Shown here in pieces: positions 48,105 to 60,509 of a DNA stretch of 64,000 nucleotides. A program made the translations under genes and the position numbers. The stretch covers positions 248,001 to 312,000 of the forward strand of contig JAVKOQ020000003.1 of assembly GCA_031835245.2 (NCBI GenBank). The letters are read 5' to 3'. Position 1 is the first letter of the stretch; the number at the start of each line of letters is the position of its first letter. Under the pieces are notes generated by a model that had not been told where the DNA came from, ran no database searches, and worked only from the letters and a program-made list of their open reading frames with translations. Source of the DNA: Balamuthia mandrillaris (taxonomy: Eukaryota).

Positions 48105-51100
48105 TCACATGACAACCTTTTTCTTTTGATTTTTGCGCTGTGCGCGATTGTGCTGCAGCCGACCCGTCTTGGAACCCGTCTTGGCTGCACTAACCAGATT
48201 GGAGAATTGGGCCACAGCCTTGTGCTTACGCCGTTTGTTCAAGTTCTTGGGGTCCAATGGAAGGTAGGCATACGGTTCGAATTTGCCTTCTTTCTTGACA
48301 TCCCCGCCTGCCTTACTGGATTTGTAGTTACGGCCGGTGTGAGTTCCTTCTGGATTGGCTGCCTTGGCCCGTTTGGTTGGTGTCTTGTGGCGCACGCCCT
48401 CGCTTCCGTCAGGCCGCTCCATGGCCGCACGCCCCCGCTTACCGCCAACCTTGGTGGGTTGCTCCCCATCGTTGGCGTCTGAGGATGATCCCGCCGCCGA
48501 TTCCTTCTTTTTCTTTTTTCCTTTGAAACCGTCTTCTTCAGGTTCCATCACAATCATCTTTCCTTCTGCGTCGTACTCAAAAACAATTTCGTCGTCAGAA
48601 CTGTCATATCTCTTCTTGTTTGGGTTTGTGGAAACCACGTGTTGCAAGTGCCGCGGGTCAAGAAAGTCAAGAGGAGCGTCGTTTTCATTTTCCAAAATCC
48701 AAGAGGGAGTGTTTGTTGGGCGCTTTGCTTTTTCTTTGCCCTTGTCCTTCTTGTCCTTCCCTTTTTTGCCACCTTCATTTTCTTCGTCTTGCTCTTCATC
48801 GTCGTCATCTTCTTCCTCCTCTTCCTCCTCTTCATTTTTCTTTTTTGTTTTCTGCATGTGCGAAGTATAAGAAAAAGAACGTTAGTGCTAACGCAGATGA
48901 AGATATTTAAATTGGCGTGAAATATATATATATACCTTCTTTTGGTCCATGTCCTTGCGCACGCTAGTGAAGAGCTTACGGTGCTGCTCTGGTACCAAGC
49001 TAGAAACTTTCTCTACTCTGTTTAACGAACGACAGAAAAGTTAAGTATTGCTGCAAAAATAATCCTGGCCTCTGGCAATAACTCACCCAAACCGCCGAAT
49101 CAAGCGCTCCAGAAGAATCTTAACTTTGGACCTAAATCTGTTCTTCGCATCACCAGACCATGTCATCATACCTGGGATCTGTAGTAGCAAGGTAGTTTTG
49201 TTTGTTAACGTGATGACTATAGCTGCAAAATAAGGTAAAATTAAAAAATAAAATAAACGGAAGAATTGTACCAAGCTAGTGAGGTGAGGCTCCAATAGAG
49301 AAGAAGGTACTGCGGAAACGGAAACTTTGAGAAAACCAAGAGCAGCTTTTATGATTTCTCGGCTACGAAGAGATAATAATAATACCACACTTCCCACAAG
49401 ATCACTAACGAATGCCGCTTCCAGTTCATCTAATGTCGTCCACTCAGATGAAGCAACAGAGAGAGAGAGAGAGAGAACGAGCGAAATTACTGTAATGTAC
49501 CTTTGAAGTTGAAAATGAGGCGAGAAAGTGCAGTGAGAGAAGCGCTCATCATGTGAGTGGTAGAACCAGCCAGACCGGCCACCACCATCTTGAGAAATGG
49601 TGTGGCATTAAGTCTGGGCATAGGAACCAACTTCGGTTGCAAGCCATTACGGATCATTTCTGCAAGATGCTTCGAGTGAGAAAGGTCGCTTTCGCCCTCA
49701 GCATTCATTGCCTCCGAAGAAGAGGGATCAGCAGCCAGCTTCTGAGCCATTTCGATGTCATGATTCTTAACGGCAGCAGTCAGGGTAACCGCGAATGGAT
49801 CCTCCGGCTCGTATGCAACGCACATTTTACCTGCCATCTCCACCAACAGATCGAAGGCAGCGTTCCTAGTCTTTGCATTGGCCTCTTTTATGCACATAAG
49901 CACTTCTCCAAGTAATGATGCGATGAAGGTTTCGGCCTGCTTCCTTTGTTGACCTTCATCACTCACTGCTATGGGTGTTAAGTAATCTGGCAAATGGCGG
50001 ATTATATGTTGCATGCAACGAAGTCGAAGCTAGAAAGAGTTGTCAACACAATATAACCGAACAGAAGGAGTAAGGTTTTTTCTTTGAGACTAGTATGGTT
50101 ACTTTTTTAGCAGCAGACTCGCAAGTGGCAATGTCACGGCTAAGCACTGTCTTCAGTTCTTCAACATGGGACAGGACCCAAGAAGGGTGATTCTTGCACA
50201 TGGACTCGGTCACTTTGTAACATTTTTTGTGCAACTTGGCATCCTTTTCCTGTTGAAGAAGCGTTTTTCAGTAAAGTCGTGTTTTTGGTTAGTTGATGAC
50301 GCAAAGGACTGAAACATACCTCAAGCTGCGTTTTAGTGATCCGCCACAATAAGTTAAGGCTGTCCTCATTGAGATGTGGAACAAATTTGATGGCCATTTC
50401 TGTCAGAAGAATGCGACGTTTAAGCGCAGCAGCAGAGGTCGCCTCCGATTCCTTTTGCTGCTTTCCGCTCTCCAACAATTTTTGTATTACATTCTTGAAG
50501 AATGTGTTTACCATCTTGTTTTTTAAACATGAATGGTAAAAAATTAGCTTGGAGTAAGAAAAGATCAAAGGAGGAGAAGAAGTTACTGGTTTCGGAGTGA
50601 TCACAAGGAAAGCATGGATGGTATCACCAACGCTGGTTCGCAACTCAGGAGTAATTTCACTACCAAACAAGTTGAACAACGTAGGTAAGAAGTTTCGAGA
50701 AAACCCAGCAATGGCCTGAAGGGCTGCTTGAGCATCATCTGAAGATAACTTGGTTTGGCTCAAGAAACTATTTTCTTTATCGTTAGTAGAGGATGTTTTG
50801 CAGCTTAGAGCAGAGGAAGAAGCATAAGGGATGTGCTCCTCCAATGCGCGAAAGTTGTTAATGAGGGTTTGGAGTCCGGTGCATATGACTGAGCGGAGCT
50901 GTGCCTCATTAGTAAGACCCTCTCCCAACGTCTTGGCTATTTTTTTGAAGGACTGAACGTATCAAAAGAAACGTAAGTGAGGAAGAGAAAGTAAGAAAGA
51001 GGAGGTAGCATGCATACTTCTGGAATATCGGTGGGTAGTATGCAGAAGCTGGGAAAGAGATCCCAAAGTTGCATATAAATAACTTCGGCCTCTTTGGCAT

Positions 51101-53363
51101 TTCTGGACATTCCCTTCTGGTGGGCAGCGACGGCTCTCTCCTTCATGCTGTTGGTCAGGGGGAGAATGTCGGAAATGAAGAAACTCAACTGTGCATGTTT
51201 TGTATACTCTTTCAATATGGGAAGTAACCACGCATTTGGTTGTTCTTCCGCCGAACTTCCAAGCAAATCTAGTTAGAAGGAAAGGAGGGTGAGAGAGAAA
51301 ATACAAGAGGAAATACCTTTGGTCGAGGTTGAGAGGGAGGATTTGAAGAAAAGCAGCGGGTCCTATAGCAGCGACTGCAGCACCTAACGAGCTCTGAAGC
51401 TCCGAGTTGAGCTGTTGTTGACCTGCATCATCACTCTCAGAGGTTTCAGCGGTATAGTAAATCGTGGCAGCTCCACGTAACAGTGGAAAGGCCAAAATGC
51501 TGTTCTCAGGCTTCATCTTCCCAAAGAGAGAGGGAAGGACTGGCAAGAGGTATTTCCATTGAGAGTTTTGGATGGTGGCCTCCATTCCTACCACCAGAGA
51601 TTCGATGATACTTCGAAGGGAAGAAGAGCTGACAGCACTTGCGCCACCGCTGCGCTCCTCCAAAGCAGCAGTTGTCCCTCTTTCGATCATGGACTCGGTG
51701 ACGCAGCTTCGCAGCAGCTCTTTGAGAGCAATGGATGTTTTCTTCAGCACTTCGACATTGTCAGAAAGGAGGTTGTTGACCAAATACTTCACGGAACAAG
51801 GAAGGAAGTTGGCACAAAGCACTTCATCCAATCTTTATGGTACAACAAGATTAAACACCATTTATGACCATCACAATCAAGCGAGGAGAAAAACAGGTAG
51901 TAGAGTGTACCTTTGTAGTTTGAGAAGACCATTCTTCAAAAGATTAATATGGAGAAGAGTAGGTTCCACATCATGGGCATTGGGTTGAGTTTCAGCGATC
52001 CCCTGTTCAATTATCTAGTTCAGTATGTTGTTATTAAAAAAAAGGAAAAGACGCAGCATACATTGAGAAGTTGAGCAACATGAGCGGCACTAAGATTATC
52101 GTCATTGCTTCCTTGGAAAAGATGGGCGAGGCATTGCATTCTATTTGTAAATGATATCGTGTAGACATAACGCATAAGATAAACCTTGGAAAACAAAAAG
52201 AGAAGAAAAACAAAAAAATAACTTACGCATGAGAGCGAGGTATGGGTCCCATGCTAAAAAGTTCTAACAAGGCAACACTCAATGGTTGTACTGACTGAAA
52301 GATTGTGCAATTATGCACATAGAAGAGAGAGAGGAAGAAAAGACGGTCAGACTATAAAGAGTAGAATAGAAGAAGTAAAAGACTAACCGAAGAAGGGAGG
52401 TAGGGCAGCAGTGACTTAAGCAAGCCCAAACCATACAGCATGAGCTGGCCACTCTTCTTCATAGCCGCCGCAGAGGCGTCATTCGAAGCTTGCTGCAAGA
52501 AAGACAAACAAAAGTGATGTGTGGCATTATAGGCCTGTTTTCCCAAATGTCCTTTCGTGCCGGAGGAGGAAGAAGAGGAGGAGGCGAAGAGGGCGGTAAT
52601 AGCCTGCTGGGCAGCTTGTCTCACTTTGGGCCGCTCGTCCAGGCACAGTCCCAACATGAGTTTGAAGGGTTCCATGATAGTAGGTCCTTGCTTCCATGCT
52701 GCCTTCTCTTGTGCTGCCAACAACTTCTCCAGACATACCATCAACTGCACATACAAAAAAAAAAGCGTTTGAACAACGAGAAGAGGGAGAGAAAGCGAAG
52801 AAAAAAAAGAGATGAATTTATGCAACACGAGCAAAGAGCATTGGCGTACAGGTTTCAGAACGGGTGGTTCTGTGATTTGTGCTTTGAGCAGAGTCTCAAA
52901 GGTGTGGGCCATGTCCCTAAACTTGGTCCGAAGCACCGAAGTGGGCACTCTGCATGAAACCAACTATTATTAGACCATTTTTTTGCATGCACCTGGAGAG
53001 GCGCTGAAGAACGTACTCAGGTATAACCAAGCTGAGAAGGTAGGTGAGAGAGGCCAACAGTTTGGCATCAGGAGTTTGTTGGGAGAGGTTCTCGGAGAGG
53101 GCCTTCATGAGAAGAGCAAAGTAGGAGGTGGGTGTAGGGCTCTCTCCTTGGTCCTGCACCACCTCCGTCATAGCCTGAAGCACGGCGAACCGCTGTAGCT
53201 GAACCTCGTTTCCCTTCTGGCCATGGCGATAGACCTCCTCAAAGACTTCCTCGACCGTTCTCCGAGGACGTCCGGAGGTGCTTCCGGCGGTGGCGAGGAT
53301 CTGCTCTTTGCTGCTTTCGATCTCAGACACACTTTGACGAAGGGTATCCAACGCGATATCCAT
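48105..53363 (-). CDS. RRP12: RRP12-like ribosome biogenesis protein (HEAT/NUC173), multi-exon
   Basis: TPTSYFALLM, DERPKVRQAAQ, AWLLPIL, QLWDLFPSFC, RSREIIKAALGFLKV, C-terminal YKSSKAGGDVKKEGKFEPYAYLPL. Confidence 0.92.
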
Positions 53364-53684
53364 GTTGGTTTTTTTTTTGGGGGGGTCCAAAAGAAAGAGG
53401 AAGAGAAAAGCCGAGCCGAAGAGAGCTTCACGGGTGATTTGTGCTGCTGCCGATAGGAAGAAGAAAGAAGAAAGCCCGCCCTTCTTCTTCCTTTCTTCCT
53501 TTTTTCCTGTCGACACCATTTCGGAGTACGGCCCCTCAGGCAAACTTATTTTTCCCATGACGACATGGCATAGTGCGCCTCTTCGGGCAACTGTGAGGGT
53601 TATGAAATTGTTTGTTATATTTTTAAATAATTTTTTGGTTTTGTGATACTATAATATACACACAAGTCTAAAGTATCGACGAGC

Positions 53685-55994
53685 ATGAGGGGGAAACGGG
53701 CATACACTCAGCCAATCAACGCTCTTAGGGACAGTGTACGGACTTGGGATTTCCTTCCTGCGAGCTTGCTTGAGAAGACTGCCAGCCAGCTCTACTCCCC
53801 TTGGGAGGAGCTTCGCTACGAAGCCCTGGATGTGCTGTGTAACTATACCGCTCGTCAACTTACCCAAGGGGAGGTGCAGCGACTCCAACTGGAGGATGAG
53901 GTTCTGGAGACAAGACGAAAGTGGTTAACAGGAAATAACTCCTCCTCTCCTCCAGCTCCCAACAAACAAAGACAAGCGCGAACCTATCGTGCTGTATTGC
54001 ACGCTTTGGAAACGAGCGCAGCGAAAAGAGGAGAACTTGCATGGACCAGGTCGGTTGCCTTCCTCAACCATCCCAGCCCAAAGACTCGCTACAAGGCACT
54101 TTCATTCATCAACGTGATGTTGCTGCTCAGTCTTACAGTGGAAAAGGAGGCGGATCGGGGGGAGCATACCATTCGAGCCTTGCTGTCGGCGTTGGCACAA
54201 CAAGGAGTCTTTCAGATAGTGGCTGACACGAAGAACCACCCCTGCACCCGTTCTCACAGATACCAACACCAGATCTCACAATTTGAGAACATTTCTGCCA
54301 TCTCTTCCTTCAACCCTCAGCGCCATGAAGACGCTATCTCGCTTTTCAATCTTTTTCCTTCTTCTGCACTCTCCAACAGAGTTAGCGTTGGGTTTCTTAG
54401 CGATGAGGACGATCAAGAGGACCAAGAAGAAGCAACCAACACGCACCAGGACCGTCGACCTCAACCGCCCTCTTCAGTATTGAGCCTAACGGAGAGCATC
54501 AGTGAGGAAGAGGGAGGATACGACTCCGCCGTAGGTTTGATCAATGCACAGAAAAAGCCCAACAACACAAGCACTAAGAGAAAGACCCGCCGAAGAGGCA
54601 ACACAGAGGATTGGGATAAGCAAGAGAACACGATGACCTCCACTGCTTCAACGAGCGGGAAGGGTCAGCAATCGTGCCACAGAGGTGGTAATAGGCTTCG
54701 CCATAAAAGAAGTTGGAGTTGGGGGGCTCCTTTTCGCATTGTGGACAAGTCCACGTTGTTGAAGAAGAAAGAGGAAAACGGTGCGAGCAACGAGCAAAAT
54801 AACAAGGATGAAAAGAAGAAAGAAGGAAATAGAAGGAGAGGCAACGCCATCAAAGAATATACAACGAATAACATCAAGGAAAGACAACCACCGCCGCACC
54901 AACAAACACTGCCAACGTCTTCAACTACAACTGCACCCATCACCACATCTACAGCCAACAGCAAAAGAAAGAAAAAGAAGGAGAAGAGGAAGAAAGCGAA
55001 GGTGGGAGGCAAGGGTAGCGTACAACAAGGACTACGGCTCTCTCCTTTCTCAGTCTCCAACGATGCCATTAACTACCGCACCTTCTTCGAGGCTGAGGAA
55101 AGGAGAGAAGTGGAGGAGACGAGAAGAGCTTGGCTGAAGGACAGGGAACGCACCCGCCTCAGAATGCAGGCTGAGATGAAGGAAGCGGAGGAGCTTGGGC
55201 AGGCCTCTCTTCGGCGGCGCAGCCATCACCTAGAGCGCTTCTTTGGGGAGAGCCACGTCAACTGGGATGTACTGCAGCGCAATCCTGAGCTGGCTGCTAA
55301 CCAGTTTGCTACCCAGCCTCCCCACGTCAAGCTCTTCAAACTGAATCGTCTCTTTGGCGGAGGAGTTCCTCCTCTTCATTCCCCTTCTGCTTCGCCCTCG
55401 GACTCTGCTTCTTCCTCTCCCCCAACGTCTTCCTCGCCGCCACCAACAGCTTCCTCTGCTCCTTCTTCTTCTTCTTCCTCTCCTTCTTTCTCCCTCATGA
55501 AAACACTCTTTGGTGGTGGCAGTGGTAAAGGTGCAGGAGGCGCTGGAGAGAGAGAAGGCCAGTCCCCATCACCCCCAATAGATCATAGCGGCGGAAACGC
55601 TGCTGTACACCGTTATGACGAGGATGAGGATGACCGATACAGGAGAACCTCTGTGGACATACAGAAGGACAGCTTCCCTTTGTATTCGTCGTCATCCCAA
55701 TGTTCCTCTGCCTCTGCTTCGGAAGATGAAGCGGAACTACGCAAAGTGGAGGTAGAGAAGGCTGGCAACAATGCAGAAGGCTGGGAGGAGGAAGAAGCAG
55801 AGCAACACGAAGAGGAGGAAGAGGAAGAACAACGACAGAGACAGGAGGAACAGGACGAGAGAAGAAGGAACCTGCGGTTAGCTCGGTTTTTTGGAGCTCG
55901 TGTGGATGAAGCTCGTGTGACAGAGCCACGCCGTGTTCCTGATGGATCGCCTTCGTTGATAGCTACTTCGAGTAACCATCTATCTAAAGGATAA
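53685..55994 (+). CDS. Intronless 769-aa uncharacterised protein: helical N-terminus, low-complexity C-terminus with LxxFFG-like repeats
   Basis: Long open frame from ATG 53685 to TAA 55994. No family recognised. Confidence 0.7.
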   Translation: MRGKRAYTQPINALRDSVRTWDFLPASLLEKTASQLYSPWEELRYEALDVLCNYTARQLTQGEVQRLQLEDEVLETRRKWLTGNNSSSPPAPNKQRQARTYRAVLHALETSAAKRGELAWTRSVAFLNHPSPKTRYKALSFINVMLLLSLTVEKEADRGEHTIRALLSALAQQGVFQIVADTKNHPCTRSHRYQHQISQFENISAISSFNPQRHEDAISLFNLFPSSALSNRVSVGFLSDEDDQEDQEEATNTHQDRRPQPPSSVLSLTESISEEEGGYDSAVGLINAQKKPNNTSTKRKTRRRGNTEDWDKQENTMTSTASTSGKGQQSCHRGGNRLRHKRSWSWGAPFRIVDKSTLLKKKEENGASNEQNNKDEKKKEGNRRRGNAIKEYTTNNIKERQPPPHQQTLPTSSTTTAPITTSTANSKRKKKKEKRKKAKVGGKGSVQQGLRLSPFSVSNDAINYRTFFEAEERREVEETRRAWLKDRERTRLRMQAEMKEAEELGQASLRRRSHHLERFFGESHVNWDVLQRNPELAANQFATQPPHVKLFKLNRLFGGGVPPLHSPSASPSDSASSSPPTSSSPPPTASSAPSSSSSSPSFSLMKTLFGGGSGKGAGGAGEREGQSPSPPIDHSGGNAAVHRYDEDEDDRYRRTSVDIQKDSFPLYSSSSQCSSASASEDEAELRKVEVEKAGNNAEGWEEEEAEQHEEEEEEEQRQRQEEQDERRRNLRLARFFGARVDEARVTEPRRVPDGSPSLIATSSNHLSKG

Positions 55995-56100
55995 TATTAT
56001 TAAGAAAAGCACTGTTAGCAAAAGAAAACGTTACCTCATACAACGATAATGCCGTAAAAAGTTGTCTTTCATAAAGAGAGCAACAACAAAATGAGCATTA

Positions 56101-57116
56101 TCACTGTGGAAAAGCTCCTCTACCAAGCCATGCTGTCGCTGGATGGTTATAGCGTCTCTCCTTGTTGAGCGCACTAAGCTGTTGCAGATCCTCCGCGGAG
56201 AGCTCAAAGTCAAATATGTCCTTATTGGCCAGGATTCTCTCCCTCGACACGCTCTTTGGGATAACCACCATGGGCCGCTGCAGGCCCCACCGCAGCAGCA
56301 CCTGGGCCGGCGTTTTGCCGTGTTTTCTCCCTATCTCCTCCAGCAGTGGCTCTTCCATAAGCCGCCTGCCCTCGAAACGATCGCTCCATGGATTGCCTGG
56401 TGAGCCTGTTTTATTTGTTTTTATTAGAAAAAAATGAACTGAAAAGAAAGCAATAGAGCGAGAAGAGGGAAAGAGAGAGAACCAAGTGAAGTATGAGCAG
56501 TGACAACGATGCCCTTGCTCTGACAATACTCAAAGAGGGGCTGGCGAGTGTGATAGGGATGCGTTTCGTACTGGTTGACCGCCGGCGGGATGGAGCACAC
56601 CTTAAAGACCTCCTCCAGGTGCTCCTCCTCAAAGTTGGAGACGCCAATGGACCGGACCAAACCCTCCTCCACTAGACCCTCCATGGCCTTCCACGTCTCC
56701 GCCAGCGGCACTTGGATGACCTGCTCGGCCGAGACGGCCTCCTTGATGCCATGCTGAAAGGACACAGGGAAATGGATCAAATAGAGGTCTAGATAGTCCA
56801 GCTGCAAGTCTTTAAGAGTCTGCAGGCAGGCCTCCCTCACGTGCTCCTTCTTGTGGCAGTCGTTCCAGAGCTTACTGGTGATGAAGAGGTCCTCCCTACG
56901 GATGGAATGGCCGGAAGAGAAGAGCTCGTGCAGAGCGCGACCGACCTCGTCCTCGTTGAAGTAGATGCTGGCGCAGTCGATATGACGGTAGCCGCCCTCC
57001 AGCACCGCAACCTTGACGGCCTCTCCGGTTTCGCCTTCTTTGGCGAGCCAGGTGCCGAGGCCGAGGGCCGACATATCATAGCCAGAGTTCAAACGCAACG
57101 TGGTGCTGCTCTGCAT
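56101..57116 (-). CDS. Aldo/keto reductase, 2 exons
   Basis: LGLGTW, GYRHIDCASIY, REDLFITSKLW, LDYLDLYLIHFP, VRSIGVSNF, AQVLLRWGLQR...IPKS. Confidence 0.95.
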
Positions 57117-57230
57117 CCCCTCTTCTTCTTTTCTTTCTCTTTTCAAGAAGAAGCAGCAGGAGGCAGAGGTATATATTATTTTTTGAACAAGTTTTCTCCA
57201 TTTTTGGATGCTGACGCCTTTTTATGGAAA

Positions 57231-57257
57231 ATGACGTCATAGTTATACGAGGGGTCA
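57231..57257. promoter_or_regulatory. CRE-like palindrome ATGACGTCAT plus GAGGGGTCA in the AKR/FHA divergent promoter
   Basis: Perfect 10-bp palindrome in a ~220-bp divergent intergenic region; function is inferred. Confidence 0.4.
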
Positions 57258-57336
57258 CTTGAAAAAGACCAGAAAAGAAAGAAAGAAAGAAGGCAGGCTG
57301 CCGAAAGAGGAGCACAGGAAGAGAGAGAATCTAGCA

Positions 57337-58867
57337 ATGGAAGGTACCCGCTTTCTCTCGTCTTTCTTTATTTTTCTTTTGTTTCTTCTTCTTTTCTGTT
57401 AACGTAGCAGTTATACTTGTTCTTTCTGCCCCTTGCTTTGGTAGACCTAGATGAAGAGATCCGTGCGCTGCAGCAACAGCGAAAGCTGCAGGATGGAAGA
57501 GCGGCCACCTTTGGCAAAGCCGGCGACTTTGACTCGGACATCTACGGACAACACGACTACGTCTCCTCCATTAATGTTAACGAGGACGAAGACGAGCAAG
57601 CCTTTGAGGACTCACGTCGGCAGGGCTCTTCCTCCGTAAGGCGGTTGGTTGGCAGCTACACTGCTCCAAAGAATGTTCTTCGCGACATTCCCACTGACGC
57701 CGACGCTGATGTATGTTTACTCCTATTTCATTCTCTCTCTCCCTCTCCAGTTCTCTTCCTCTTCTCTCTGACATTATTTCATAAGCCATTTGCAGAGCAT
57801 CGTGTGAAGAAGATAGTGGATAGAGAGAACGATTACAAGAAAAGACGGTTTAAACGGCAGTTGTCACCACCAAGGGATGGCTCTCGCTCCTATCGTGAGA
57901 TCATGGCTGAGCAAAACCTGGACAGGGAACATGAGGTTAATTTTTCTCTCAGTCAGTGTTCTTTTTTCGAAAGAGTTCAACAGCTCACGTTCCTCTTATC
58001 CGCTTTTTTTTATTTTATTTTGCTCTGTTCTTATGCCCTTTTTACCAGAGAGTACTGCAACAAGTGGAAAAAAAGAAAAAGGAACAAAAGGCGGAAATGG
58101 AGAAGCAGATGAAAGAAAGGAGGGAACAGCTCAGAAGAGAAGAGAAAGAGCGACGCAAACTGGAAAAAGAAAAGCGGAAGGAGGAGAGGCGGAAGAGAAA
58201 ACGACAAAAACGAGGAGAGGACGACTCTGGCGATAGCAACAACGAAGAAGCTGAGGTAAAGGAGGAAGAGGAGAACGAGGAAGATGATCCCAGAATGGCT
58301 GCTTGGCGGCATAAACAACCACCAGAGGCTCGTAAACCGGAGCAGCGGTACGTGCTTCATACATTCAAAGCCGGAACCATCCTTGGAGGTACATATCTTA
58401 TCTCTTTTGGTGTATTTCCTCCCTGTCACAAACAAAGCTAAGGTTGATCAAAAAAAAAAAAACAAAAGATCCAATCCCAGTTCACAAGAAAAGCGTGTAT
58501 AGATTTGGAAGAGATGCAGAGCTCAATGATATTGTAACAGCTCACGAAAGCTGCAGTAAACAGCACGCTGTTCTTCAGTACCGAGAAGTGGAGGTTTCTA
58601 CTGACGATGCTAGCGCTGTTAAGCAAGTCCGGTATGTGTCTTCTTTCTTGTTTCTTCGTTCACATATAAGTTTGCTTGCTTATTTTTTTTAACACTCCAT
58701 GGAAAAGACCGTTCTTGATGGATCTGGGCAGCACTAACGGAACAAGTTTGAACGACAAAAAGGTGGAAGCCAATCAATACCACGAGCTAAAAGAGGGAGA
58801 TGCCATTAAGCTCGGCTTCAGCACTCGTTCATATGTGCTTCAACTAGAACGTTATCGCAGAAAGTAA
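57337..58867 (+). CDS. Chimeric splicing-factor-like protein: SF3B1-like N-terminus plus SNIP1/Pml1-type FHA domain, 6 exons
   Basis: SF3B1 N-terminus-like: DLDEEIRALQ..FDSDIYG..YVSSI..SYTAPKNVLRDIP..DPFAEHR..IVDRENDYKKRR..LSPPR..RSYREIMAEQ. SNIP1 FHA: PPEARKP, FGRD, HESCSKQHAVLQYR, MDLGSTNGT, GFSTRSYVL. Confidence 0.8.
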
Positions 58868-58912
58868 TCCGCTGTTATCACTAATATCATTCAACAAAAC
58901 AAAGACCGAAGA

Positions 58913-60509
58913 TCAACTGAGAAGATGGGAGAGTTCGATGCCAGCAAAGATGATAGCTCCAAACCACTTGTTGGCGACAAACTTAGCCATGCAGTCCTTC
59001 CCATTGTTGATGTCTAGGGTGAGGAGCTGCCAAGCCAGATGAGCAGCGCCTAGCCCTGTGCCGAGGTAGTAAGGCCACGCCATACCGGAGGCCATGCCTG
59101 CCGCTACTAGCCCTGCCACCGTCCCGCCGCTGAACAAGGATAGCCACCGCTTTGTCTCTGTGCCAAAGAGCAGCGCTGTGGACTTTACTCCCGCCAACAA
59201 GTCATCTTCTCTATCCTTTTTATTTTAGGGTTCATTGGAGATCAGAAAACGAAAGGGAAAGAGAAAGTGGGGGCGAAGAAAGAGGAGAAGAAGAACAAGA
59301 ATACGAACCTGATGAGCATAAATGGTGTCGTAGACAAGAGTCCAGCAAATGCCAGCAGCGTAGAGAGGAAGAACGGCGGGCAAGTAAAGGCTCCCGGTAA
59401 CAGCAGCCCATCCCATCAGAACGCCATAGTTGAAGGTCAGACCAAGGAAAGCTTGCGGCCAGTATGTGACCCTCTTCATAAGGGGATATGTTCCCACCAA
59501 CAGCAGGGAGGCCGTTCCTAACGCAATGCTGCAATAATTCAGCATTCGTTCGGTGTTGTTGTTGGTGGCGCCAGTGAGATAAGAAACGAAACCATATCAA
59601 AAAGAAAGAAAACAGAAAGAGATAATGTGAACCATGTGTTGTTAAGGGTGAGTAAAATGGCAAGCCCTACGGAGAGTTGTCCAGCAAGGAAGGCAACCGC
59701 CTGCTTTTCTGTGATGGCTCCAGATGCCAGCGGACGTGTTTTTGTGCGTGCCACCTAGTATTGTTTTAACCAGAAAAAGAAAGAAGAGAAGGGAACAATG
59801 GAGAGAGGATGAGAAAAGGCAAGCTGAGAGGAAAGCAGAGAGAGAGAGCAAGCGAGAGAAAGGAACGAATGAGAAGAAAGGCCAGGTTTGCCTTGGAGTC
59901 AATATTACGATCAGCGAGGTCGTTGACGGTGCAGCCAGCGCCGCGCAGCACCAACGAGCCAACGGCAAAGGTCAGCAGCAAGGGCATCTGCAGGGCAAAG
60001 TTTGGAGTGGCCATAGCTATTCCCCACCAACCCGGCCACAGCAGCAGCCATGTGCCGATCGGCTTGTCCAGCCGCACCAGGTTGAAGTAGGGTTGAGCTT
60101 TGGTGGGCACGTACTTTTCTATCCATGAAGAAGCAGGAGGAGAAGAAGAAGCATAGATGGAGCGTAGGGAAAAGAATGGGGAGCGCTTTTGTTTGCGCTT
60201 TTCATCCTTGCCGTTGGTTGAGGGAGGAAGCGAGGACGGCAGGAGCACAGAGGAGGTGGAAGAAGCAGAAAACAAAAGACGTCTGTGCGTGTGGCTAGAA
60301 GCTCCGCTTAAGGAGAAGCGTTGCAGGAACAGAGGAGAAGGAGGAGACAGTGCCGCTGGTCTTGTGCGCAACGGCAATGAGGAGAACCCCTTACGAAGGG
60401 CGTGTCCCGAGAAAGACGCGGATACGTGAGCTTTCCCGAGAAGATTCAAGCCACCGCTCCGCTGCAAGCTTAACATGCAAGACACCGCGAGGGGTGCTCT
60501 CCCTGCCAT
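58913..60509 (-). CDS. COQ2: 4-hydroxybenzoate polyprenyltransferase, mitochondrial
   Basis: [78 protein letters not shown]. Confidence 0.95.
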
